The notes beneath the pieces were generated by a model. The model was not told the origin of the DNA. It ran no database searches and worked only from the letters and a program-made list of their open reading frames with translations. A stretch of 63,911 nt of DNA, counting the filler, from Bacteroidales bacterium (GTDB lineage Bacteria; Bacteroidota; Bacteroidia; Bacteroidales; CAIWKO01): assembly GCA_035389045.1 (NCBI GenBank). It is 4 parts of 4 records of this genome, joined end to end, with 100 filler letters (N's around TTAATTAATTAA, not from the genome) between each part and the next. Parts side by side here need not be neighbours in the genome. Positions count along the whole stretch, not along the records: positions 16,949 to 33,735 come from DAOORA010000083.1; positions 33,836 to 50,226 come from DAOORA010000084.1; 2 more parts are not named here. One strand, given 5' to 3'. Each line of letters starts with the position of its first letter. Positions within the stretch are counted from its first letter, which is position 1. The position numbers and the translations under genes were made by a program. This document shows, one piece after another, positions 30,614-40,765 of the stretch.

Positions 30614-31858
30614 CTAAATAAATTCATCCCCCAGCAAATACCCATGTGCCGTCGCATAAATAATAGAACGTGTAAATCCAGAGCAATCACCGATAAATTT
30701 TAAATTCTTGAAATGCCTGTTGTCTAACTTGTTGGAATAAAATTTGATTTCCGGGGCGTACACCAGGTTGTCATCGTTGGCTATACCGGGAACTACCTTT
30801 TCGAGTTGTTCAATAAAATCTATGATACTTTCGATGATCCTTCGAGGGTAAGCCAGGTTAACATCGCCTAATATATAACTCTCGTGCGGCAGGGTAGGCA
30901 GCACCCGGTATAGTTTTTTGGTACGTTTAGAGTTTTTCAGGTCTTTATATTTCTGCAATATCACTTTGTTTTTACCAGAAAGCAGATTCGTGAGTTTGGC
31001 TATGTTTGATCCGTAACCGATAGGGTCGTTAAAAGGTTCTGTAAGTTCCACAGTGGTGAGTATGGCAAAGTTGGTATTGGTGCTTTTCTGGTTCATTTTG
31101 GCATGGCCATTCACCGTGATAAAATCTTCGTATTTTTCGCCCACCACGTAGCCCGACGGGTTGTTGCAGAAGGTCCGCACCATATAACCCGTTTTGCTGC
31201 GGTACTTCAGTTTGAATTCATACATTTCTTTGTTCAGTTCATTCACAATATGGTCGGGCAGTTCGTAACGTATGCCCAGGTCTAATTTGGTGTTTTCAAG
31301 AACTAATTCCGGGTAATTATTGATGATGGTCTTTATCAGTTTGTGTCCGCTGCGGCCAACGGCAACAATGGCAGCATCAAATTCATCCTTGTCGTTCAAA
31401 AACACTTTGTTACCGGCAATGCGCAGATCAGTAATCTGCGAATTAAAATGGAAATGTACATTATTAAAACCTTTAAAATGCTCATATATGTTATACAGCA
31501 CATCTTTCAGCTGGTCGGTACCGATATGATAAAATTCGGCAGCTACCGGCATAAACCCATACCTGTAAAATTCCTCATAATATTTAGGATTTTGAAACGA
31601 TTTGCCGGTCTCAAATTCTTTGTTTTTGGTCTTATTCAAGTAAAAATCAACCAGATGCTGTTGTATGTTCAGGTCTATGGCAATATCTCCGCCCATTTCA
31701 GCCGAAACAAAAAGTTTTCCGTCGGCACGTATACCCGATATGCTGGAGGAATATATGTCTTTGGATTTCTCAAAGATGTGAAACTCGTGTCTGCTGTTCA
31801 CGATCTTCTCTATGAAACCTATGGATGCTGCTCCGAATCCGATAATTGCTATTTTCAT
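30614..31858 (-). CDS. NAD(P)/FAD-dependent oxidoreductase
   Basis: IAIIGFGAA, DGKL, HIGTD, AVGRSG, RTFC.NP.G, VNGH and GDCSG.TR motifs. Confidence 0.85.
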   Translation of the reverse strand: MKIAIIGFGAASIGFIEKIVNSRHEFHIFEKSKDIYSSSISGIRADGKLFVSAEMGGDIAIDLNIQQHLVDFYLNKTKNKEFETGKSFQNPKYYEEFYRYGFMPVAAEFYHIGTDQLKDVLYNIYEHFKGFNNVHFHFNSQITDLRIAGNKVFLNDKDEFDAAIVAVGRSGHKLIKTIINNYPELVLENTKLDLGIRYELPDHIVNELNKEMYEFKLKYRSKTGYMVRTFCNNPSGYVVGEKYEDFITVNGHAKMNQKSTNTNFAILTTVELTEPFNDPIGYGSNIAKLTNLLSGKNKVILQKYKDLKNSKRTKKLYRVLPTLPHESYILGDVNLAYPRRIIESIIDFIEQLEKVVPGIANDDNLVYAPEIKFYSNKLDNRHFKNLKFIGDCSGFTRSIIYATAHGYLLGDEFI

Positions 31859-31921
31859 TTTATTAAGTTTTCAATGGTCATTAGTTGAAACCTGAATTCT
31901 CTCTGTGCAACTCTTTTTTTT

Positions 31922-32081
31922 CCTCTGTGTCCCCTCTGTGTAATAAAAAGATTACACAGAGAACCACGGAGTCTTTTCACAGAGAACCACAGAGTTTATA
32001 TTTATATCTTTTCTTTGTGTAGCTCTGTGCTTCCTTTGTTCAACTCAGTGTAATAAAAAGGTTACACTGAGGAACACCGAG
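31922..32081. repeat. ~160-bp hairpin-rich direct repeat flanking the GxxExxY gene (downstream copy)
   Basis: Hairpin CTCTGTGTAAT-AAAAAG-ATTACACAGAG plus a second related hairpin; matches 32515-32675. Confidence 0.9.
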
Positions 32082-32453
32082 TTAAAACTTATATCTTTTT
32101 ATCCCATTTTTTAAGAGTATTACATTGAAATTAATAAGTAGACCGATTTTTTTTGAGGCAAATTTAATATAAGTCAGAATCTGTGCTTCATGAACAGGGG
32201 CGAATTCATCGACAGTTTTTAATTCAATAATAACCTTGTTTTCGACTAAAATATCAATCCGGTAACCGCAATCCAGCCTAATATCTTTATAGACTACAGG
32301 AACGCCAATTTGTCTTTCAGCCTTTAACCCGGCACTTTGTAATTCATAAACCAAACACTCCTCATAAGCTGATTCCAGTAAACCAGGCCCTAGATTTTTA
32401 TGAACTTCGATAGCACAGCCGATAATTTTTTCTGTAATTTGATTAATTTCCAT
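32082..32453 (-). CDS. GxxExxY protein (PD-(D/E)XK nuclease superfamily)
   Basis: [40 protein letters not shown] and GLLINFN; ATG 32453. Confidence 0.93.
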   Translation of the reverse strand: MEINQITEKIIGCAIEVHKNLGPGLLESAYEECLVYELQSAGLKAERQIGVPVVYKDIRLDCGYRIDILVENKVIIELKTVDEFAPVHEAQILTYIKFASKKIGLLINFNVILLKNGIKRYKF

Positions 32454-32514
32454 GTTAGTATATAAATATTTAATTAATTTCAATTTTTTTATTGTTTGAA
32501 ATTCCTCTGTGCTC

Positions 32515-32675
32515 CCTCTGTGTCCCTCTCTGTAATAAAAAAGATTACACAGAGAACCAAGGAGTCTTTTCACATAGAACCACAGAGTTTATATTTATAT
32601 CTTTTCTCTGTGTAGCTCTGTGTTCCCTCTGTGCAGCTCTGTGTAATAAATAGGTTACACAGAGAACCACGGAGT
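32515..32675. repeat. ~160-bp hairpin-rich direct repeat flanking the GxxExxY gene (upstream copy)
   Basis: Matches 31922-32081 including the central AGAACCACAGAGTTTATATTTATATCTTTTCT. Confidence 0.9.
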
Positions 32676-32687
32676 CAACACTATAAT

Positions 32688-33242
32688 TTATTTGTTTTTC
32701 CAAAGTAGGAATGCTTTTATTATTTTTTCACTGACTTCGTCCGGACAAATTTGTGTAGTATCGACTATTAAATCGTAATTATCCAGGTTGGAGTAATCGA
32801 TGTTATAATAACCCTTAAATCGTTCCAGTTCGCTTTTACGCCGGGCAAGAATTTTGTTTTTTGCTTCTTCGATGTTTTGGTAATTCTCGCTGGTACGTTT
32901 GTCGTTAAAGATCCTCCGCGCAGCTTCGTTGATATCTACCGTGAGATAAATTTTAAATGACTTAGGTGCAAAGTGCCATGCAAGGCGTGAATCAAAAATC
33001 AGCGATTCTTCCGCATCCTGAAGTCTTGCGATGGTGCCATCAATTTCATCATCAATTTCGGGATGTGTTTTGGTATATTCGTTCAGTTCCAGCGTCGTCA
33101 TGTTGTATTTGGCTGCAATATCACGCTGGATCAAACCGGTGGATATCACACGGAACCCAAGCCTTTCCGAAAGTAAGCGGCTGACATGGCTTTTACCGCT
33201 TCCCAGGTCGCCGGTGAGGGATATTTTTGGAAAAATTTTCAT
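32688..33242 (-). CDS. cmk: Cytidylate kinase, short archaeal-like type
   Basis: GDLGSGKS P-loop, STG, IDDEID, DSRLAW and YDLIVDT. Confidence 0.75.
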   Translation of the reverse strand: MKIFPKISLTGDLGSGKSHVSRLLSERLGFRVISTGLIQRDIAAKYNMTTLELNEYTKTHPEIDDEIDGTIARLQDAEESLIFDSRLAWHFAPKSFKIYLTVDINEAARRIFNDKRTSENYQNIEEAKNKILARRKSELERFKGYYNIDYSNLDNYDLIVDTTQICPDEVSEKIIKAFLLWKNK

Positions 33243-33271
33243 TATTGGTGAGTTTGGTATAAAAATTTAGT

Positions 33272-33735
33272 TTAATTAAAAGGATTTGTCGAATCAATAT
33301 CAGGTAAATAACTAAGTCCAAGCTGATTTACCTTGGTTTTGTTAACAAGAATCTCTTCTCCGAAAAATTCCCGGAACGAAGAAAACTCCCATTCACGAGG
33401 GTTGCCGACAAGTCCTGCTTTGACGGGATTGTTATGAATATAGTTAAAACAAATTTGCGGATATTCTTTAGCATTAAGTGGAATATTAATCATTGTCCCA
33501 TTTTTAGTATTGAAAAAAGCAGGAGTTACCCCTGAAGAATTTGTAAGGCATTCGGCTTTGGTTTCTTCACGAAATAGGGCACCGCTTCTATTTTCCTGAA
33601 TATTTACAGCTCGGGTATATGAGCGGAGCATAATGCCGATTGAGTTGTTGAATGAGCGTCTGCTACTGTCGGGGTGACTGCGCGCATGGCCTGTGCTGTT
33701 GTCAGTCACCCCGACAGTTTCATTACGCGCATGGC
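33272..33735 (-). mobile_element. REP-associated tyrosine transposase (RAYT / IS200-like Y1), 5'-truncated by the contig end
   Basis: SYTRAVN...RSGALF and YIHNNPVKAGLV...WEFSS C-terminal motifs. Confidence 0.82.
33665..33718. repeat. REP-like palindrome inside the RAYT ORF
   Basis: 16-bp perfect stem ACTGTCGGGGTGACTG/CAGTCACCCCGACAGT. Confidence 0.85.
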
Positions 33736-33835
33736 NNNNNNNNNNNNNNNNNNNNNNNNNNNNNNNNNNNNNNNNNNNNTTAATTAATTAANNNNNNNNN
33801 NNNNNNNNNNNNNNNNNNNNNNNNNNNNNNNNNNN
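33736..33835. other. Artificial contig-joining spacer
   Basis: N44-TTAATTAATTAA-N44. Confidence 0.97.
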
Positions 33836-36800
33836 CGGCAACGGTAACAGCGGTATCAAGAGCCACCCAGTTTCCTTTGGGGAAGTTTTTGGTAGCATTT
33901 AACGGTGAACCGATCTTAGCCTTGATTCTTGACAGGTCAATGGAATTGATGGAGGTGTTATTGTCAACGTTTGCGGCTTTCTTATATTTTGCCGAGAAAT
34001 TCCTGGAAGGATCAATCAATGTATCAGCACCCACATAATATTTTATTATGGCCAGGTCAATAGCATTGACATCATTACCCCATTGCATGGTGTCCACCGT
34101 ATATTTATCGTATGATAAAATATAGCTGCCGCTGGCAACATTGGTGAACTGGTAATTTCCGAGTGCATCACTGGTGTCTCTTGCTACTTCAGCGCCTAAT
34201 GCGTTTTTAAGGATAACAATGACATTGTCAATGTTATAAATCAAAGCATTATAAGTCGGAGGATTAGGTGCCGGGCTTCCGTTATTAGCTTTTGGCGCAT
34301 ATTTGGTTTTGCCGGTAATGGCATATCCGCCGCAGGTGTTCACAACAACGGTGGCGCTGGCCGTATCAGAACAGCCAAATGAATTTTCCACAGTGACAAT
34401 GTATTGGGTTGTTACATCAGGAATAATTCCGCTTGGATTCTGTAAGGACGAAGTAAATCCTGCAGGTACGGATGTCCAGGAGTAGGTTGCCGGGATCTCA
34501 GCAGATCCTGTAATAGCTAACTCATCAACAAATAAATTAAACATGTCGGTATCAGAATAACAATTGAAGCCGAAATAGTAATTATCGCTTGTTGAAGGCA
34601 CAAAGGTTATAACAGCCTGTGCCCAGGTGGTATTGATAAGCGCTGTGTCTCCGTTATTATCCCACAAAGTAGTTGTTTGTGCAATAACAGTGGTATCGTT
34701 ACCGACGGTCACTTTCAGATCTTCGGGATAATCATCTGATTGGACTTTGTACCAGAAAGACAGGGTATAGGTTGTTCCTCCAACCAGTGATTGTGCAGGT
34801 GTAATTGCCCAGGCATCAGCGTTTGAAGTTGTACTATAATGATAATACATGCTTTTGGCGCCTGAATAAAATGTGGTGGAAGTTGCCCAGTCATTACCGG
34901 TGCCGTTGTTATTTATAAACACGAATCCTGCCGGTGGCCATGTTTCAAATCCTTCATTATAGTTAATGGAAACATATGAATTAGAAGAAGCAGTAGCGAA
35001 TAAATCTATTGATGCACCCTGACAGATCGTGTCGTCAGATGCAGAAGCTGTAACTGCTGTGGGGACAGGATTTACGGTAACCGTGGCCGTGCCCGTCATT
35101 GCAGATGTACATGTGGTGGTTGCATTCGTAGCGGTTATTGTATAGGTACCTGCGGCAAAAGCAGTAGGGCCAAAATTCAATGCATTTCCGGTTCCCGGTA
35201 AAACAGTAACAGGGGTGGTAGATAAACTATAATTAACTCCTGATTCAGAGCCGCTGAGTGTGATCGTGGTTCCGGTACTGCCAGCGCAATAAGCTCCGCC
35301 ACCGCCGACTGTGAATACCTGGGGCAACTGATTTATCGTGAAAGTCTGCGTACTTGTTGCAGTACCTCCAAGGGTATAAACCGTAACTGTTCCGCTTGTG
35401 CCGGTTCCAACAGTTACCGTAATGGTAGTGTCGGTATTGGCTGTTATTACCGAAGCGGTTCCGCCAATGGTGACCGAGTCTGCATCGGCCAGATGAAGCC
35501 CGTTAATGGTCATTGCTGAGCCTACGCAGCCGCTTGTTGCACTCAGGCTTGTGATAACCGGGGGTACAGGAGCCACTACATTAACGGTATAATCTTCAAA
35601 GGAACCGTATGTGCCGGTATAACAAGGAATAGCAGGGCCCACATCCTGGCTTCCTATCCTCATCCGGTGGTTGCCGAGAGGAGCAGAGGCAGGAACAACA
35701 AAAGAAGCTGCAAGTGTAGTAGGATTATTTGAGGTAGATGTTCCGGAATAAACTTCATCACCGGCATCTGAAAAGTCGAGGTTGTCATTCCAGTCAATCC
35801 AGATTTTTGTATCATAGGTATAGCCGGTTTCAAAAGTGATGGCAACAGGCACATTGGCTCCCTGGGTTACATCACCTGTCATAACTGAATAATCGCCATA
35901 GTTATTGGGCTCTGTTGTTGTGGTATTGTTTACCGTGCTGAAAGTTACATTGGTAATACCATCACCGTCAACCGAGGAGGGTGCAGGCTGGCAATATCCG
36001 GTAAAGAATGATAACGGTCCGGTCCAGGAACTCAGGCTGTTTTTCGGCAGACTTTCATGCACGATCATTCCTCCCTGCATAGCTGGCTGCCAGAATGGAA
36101 GCAGTGGCGAATTTGCCGGCGGAGTTATAGCAGTCTGCTCAACAATGATGTTATCGCCCCATATATCAACAGAAATCCATTCAGGATTGCAATCAGCAAT
36201 GACATAGTATAATTCAATCCATTGAAGACCGTTAATAACAACAGGTCCGTTCACTGATGATCTGCCAATGAAAGCCTCATCGCTGGGTGTCGGGAATCCT
36301 GTTCCGGTCCATCCGGGAGTACTCCAGTTTATCACATAAGAAAAAGTAGCCGGACCGGGATTTACCGGACGTACCCAGAATCCCATTCTTACCTTGCCAA
36401 TTCTTGTGGTATCAAGTGCATTATTACGGAACCAGATATTCCACCAGTCTTGCTGCGGAGCCTGATCGTAAAGATACCAGATGCCGTTTTCATTCAATTC
36501 ATTGAACGTACCACTGCTGAGTAATGGATCAAGAGTTCCGAGCGTAGGCATGGATACCCAGAAATTATCAACGGTAGGTGATTCAAATCCGCAGTCGGTT
36601 CTCACGTACCAGTCATATTCTGTACTGGGGGTTCCTCCTGTCCAGGTGTAGGTATTACCTTGTATGCTGGTGGCAGTAGGTGTAGTAACCGGAGTGGGAG
36701 CAGGGCCGCCGGCAGATTCAAGAAATACATCAAAGAATGAATCCGGGCTTATCCAATTCAATGTAGCCCCCGTATACGTGATACTGGTGGTTGATTGTGT

Positions 36801-39800
36801 TAAAGGAGCGTTGCAGGCCGGGGCATCGCCGATGTAAATATCATCTATATGAAAATCATAATCAGGGAGGTCATTGGTGGGACCGTCTGCTGCATAGAAA
36901 GCGATGATGATGTTCTGTCCTGCATAAGCGCTCAGATTAAATTGTTTATGAACTAAAGAATTTGAAACAGTTCCAATGGTAGACGAATCAAAGGTGTAGA
37001 GGTCGGAATAGGATACTCCGCAATCGGTTGAAACTTTCACTACCACTTTGTCATCTGTATTTTTCATGCCACCATCAGCATCAGGATCGGCTGAATTCCA
37101 GTTTGTTATTGCTATTTTGAAAGATAAAATTGTATTGGAACCTGCAGTGAATTTGGGTCCGATTATCCAATCATTCCTTGTGGTAGTATAAAGGTTGATC
37201 CTTGCGCTTGTACCGCCCATTATGCCATTTGTCCATAGACTTGTGGTCCCCGATGGGGCAGTTGTACCTGCTCCTTCTGACCATCCGGGAAATACTGCAC
37301 TCAGATTTGTACCTGTAAAACCTGTAAAATCAACTGTTTGTGGCTGGCTGGCCGGAGCAACAACGGTTCTTGTTGCAGGCGTCATGGCGTCATTGGCAGC
37401 ATTACCGTCGCCAGTCACCACCGTTGCAGCATTAAATGTATAGATGCCTGTAGTGGTCATATCAAGTGTTGCTGTCATATCCACATTTTGTGTGGCTCCG
37501 GATGCTAATGTTCCGGTATTTACGATAGCGCTGAGTGCCTGGGTTACAGCGCCGGTAACATTCACGTTAACAGTAGTTGGGTTAACTGTAAAATCAATAG
37601 CTGCAGCTCCCATATTTTTTATAGTAACCGTGACTGTTTCGGCGTTGGTATAACAACCTGCTGTTGGGGGGGCTGCCAGAGCAAACGCTGCCATATCAAC
37701 ACTAACAGGGGTAAACTCATCAGCGCCGATATCCGGATTGGTAGCATCGCGGGCATCACCATCAATATCGAGGGTAAGTCCCGGAATTGGCACTGCTGCG
37801 CCGTCAAGTGCAGGGTTATTTGTGTGCAGATTGGTGTTCGAAGCAAAATCAGGATCAACAGCAATGGAATTCATGTCCTGGTTTCCGCTCGCTAACTGCC
37901 AGTCGGCCAATGACAGCTGGTCTGTCGTGAAATATCCCGTGAAATTGTTAACACCGGTGGTATCAATATAAAAGTCATTATAATCGGATAGAAGTGTACC
38001 ACCCGATCTATAAATGCAATATCGTTTTGAGGTTGCACCGGCTGCGGATTTATTGGCAAATGCGTTATTCACCACATATGCAGTGCCTCCGCCAAGGTAA
38101 AGAGCCGCACTTGACGGAAAAGCGTCTTCGGTGATCAGCACAGAATTATGGGCTATATTACCGGTACCTGTGCCGGAAACTCCGATAGATATTCCGCGTA
38201 TGACCTGCGTGGAAGATGCAGAGGTTCTGGCATGATTCAGGTCGGAAACCATATTATTGAAGATATTAACAGTATATCCTGAATTGATGTCCACTCTGAG
38301 TCCGTAAACTACCGAAGTTGATGTACTGGTCGTTGCAATGGAGTATAATTTATTGCTGAATACATAGTTTTCTGTACCCCTGTTGCCTTCCAGGTATATG
38401 CCATATACCGCTGACGATGATACAACATTTCTTACGGTATTGGCTACAACAGTGATGTCTTCCTGATATGAACCACGGATACCGTTACTGGTGCCTGTAC
38501 CGCCGATATCATTGGGAATGGCAGCCCCTACGGTATTGGAATCAATGATACATTCCCTGTCCGGGTATGTACTGCTTCCGTAAATATATATACCCATGAA
38601 GGAATTCTCAATAATATTTTTATGGTAAATATTAAATGAATTGGCTCCGTTGGTATCGCTGGCTGTTGCATTACGGTATTGATAAATTCCTTTTGAAGAT
38701 GTGTTAGCCCTGTTCAGGGTAATTTTGCTATTGGCGATGATATTATTCTGTGCACCATTGGTAGGTGTGGCATTCTGAAGTAAATATCCGAACTCAACAG
38801 TATCACCAATGGCTGTAATATCAATTGCATTAAACGTAATATAATCGCCTCCGCTGATCACGATTCCGGCATCGTATGATCCGGCAGTGCCGCTTGGTGT
38901 AATGACGGGATTAACACCTGCTCCCGCTTTTGTAAACGTAATGGTATTGCTTGTTGTACCGGTAGCAGTAATTATAGGGCAGTTTTCAGCAAATGTCTGT
39001 CCGGGTGTCACCAGAAAGGTTACGGAACCGGAGATGCCATTTTCATTCATGAAGGTTATGGCTTCAGTAAAACTGGCAAAATTATCAGTTCCATTATGGA
39101 GTAGTGTGGTGGTGGTTGGTAATAAGTTATTAATCATGTAAATGCCATGCAGAGGATCAGGAGTAAGTGTTGCCTGAGAACCGGTCAGTTCAGCGCCATT
39201 TCCTTCAACGGTGGCAATAACTTTCCAGTAATATGTGACTCCTGCGGTAAGGTTGGTAGCAACAAAAGTGTCTGTATTGGCCGGCAGTGTGGTAACAACA
39301 CTGTAATTGATCCCGTCGGTAGAGTTCATTATCGCATAAAGGATTTCATCCGGGGAATCTGTCCAGCTTAGCGTCATCGTCTGCAGCCCGATATTGGAAA
39401 AGCTCAGATTGGTCGGGGCTGTTACCGCGGTGTTAGGAGTAAATGTAAATACTGTTCTTGAGCCGTCGGCAGTACTGTTCAGGTTGATCATATCACTCGA
39501 CAAAGCAAAGGATGTGGTGGTCAGTGATGTATTTGAAGAATTATAGGTCGGGGTAGCCGTAATGGTAAGTAATTGTCCTATAAGGCCGGCGGTGGTTCCT
39601 GTAGCGAAATAAATACCTCTGGATGAGGCAGCAGTACCCATATTGTACATTCTTCCATAAACATATTCAATTATACCGGTAGATTCATATAACAATGCCT
39701 GAAATTTGCAATAAGTGCCTGTTTCAGTGGCGCTGCTAAAAGGAATGCGCAAATCAACCCATTCCACTACAAGTACTCTGTTGGGGCTTGTTCCGGTCAC

Positions 39801-40169
39801 CTTGTAATGAACTTTTCCTGTTGAGCGTATGGCATTGTCACCGCTGATCGGGGCTATTTTGGGTATACCGGCTGCAGGTGTCTGAGCAGTTCCGCCAATA
39901 GCAGTCGCACCCAGACGCAGTTGTCCGTTTGAATTAATACTGAATTTGGTATGCGGTTCTGCCATAAAATAAAATGTAAAACCAATATCAGCTACAGCAG
40001 ATGCTACATCATCACGGTAGGTTCCCGAATCGAGCAGGGCTGTTGTCCCGCTGCTCATGTCGATGAGCGAGCCATTGGTCGCCGAACTGAAGGTGTAGTT
40101 GGCGGCGCTTTGCCCGAAAACACTGCTGAGTGCTAACAGGCACAGAATTAATGTGAACAGTTTTTTCAT
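33836..40169 (-). CDS. Giant multidomain surface protein (FN3, beta-helix, GEVED, IPT/TIG, cleaved-adhesin-like and dockerin-like domains), 3'-truncated
   Basis: Signal peptide; FN3 YYWKV and YDWYV; DIDGDAR...PDIGADEF; WIDWND..DF.D..E...MRI...GSFEDY (GEVED); paired D/N-rich repeats near the C-terminal break. Confidence 0.85.
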
Positions 40170-40579
40170 AATGATAATTTTAGTTATTAAGTTATTATTG
40201 TTGTGAATTTTTTCAAAAGTTCAAAGTTATACAAAAAAATTGAATAGCATTTAAAATTTTCTCAAAAATTGTTAAATTTCTGTTTTTGTTAATATCTTTA
40301 TACAAAGTACCTACGTGATGTGGCGAATGATGTGTTGTAAAAATCTTTATTTCAGACGTTTATGATATTTTAACTTATTTTATGAAGAATTATTGATAGC
40401 TGAAGTTTCGCATGAAAAAATAATAAACAATTTCTAATTGTCGGAAACCTTTCAATATCATTATTGCCGGTAAAACCTTTATTATTTTATGAAAAGCCTT
40501 ACCATAACAGACTTTCAGATAATATTATTAAATTTGACCTGCATTATTGTATTTGAAGAATTGTTTTTCATCAATTTAC

Positions 40580-40640
40580 TGTAAGCGCCGGGGTGACTGT
40601 CATCCCAAATGGCCTGTGTGCAGTCACCCCGACACTTACA
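40580..40640. repeat. Intergenic REP-like palindrome of the same family as 33665-33718
   Basis: Stem CGGGGTGACTG/CAGTCACCCCG with the shared loop motif ATGGCCTGTG. Confidence 0.85.
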
Positions 40641-40765
40641 TACTTACAAAAATTGTTTTGATTTTTTCGAATGATCCCTAAAATTAAAACATAATGTATA
40701 ATAGTTTGAAATAAACTTTTGTTTTTACACGGAACCTTGTATGTTTGTATAGTTAAATTATAAGT

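Noticed and set aside
33272..40169. Apparent adjacency of the RAYT and the giant surface protein gene
   Set aside because: They are on different contigs separated by an artificial spacer.
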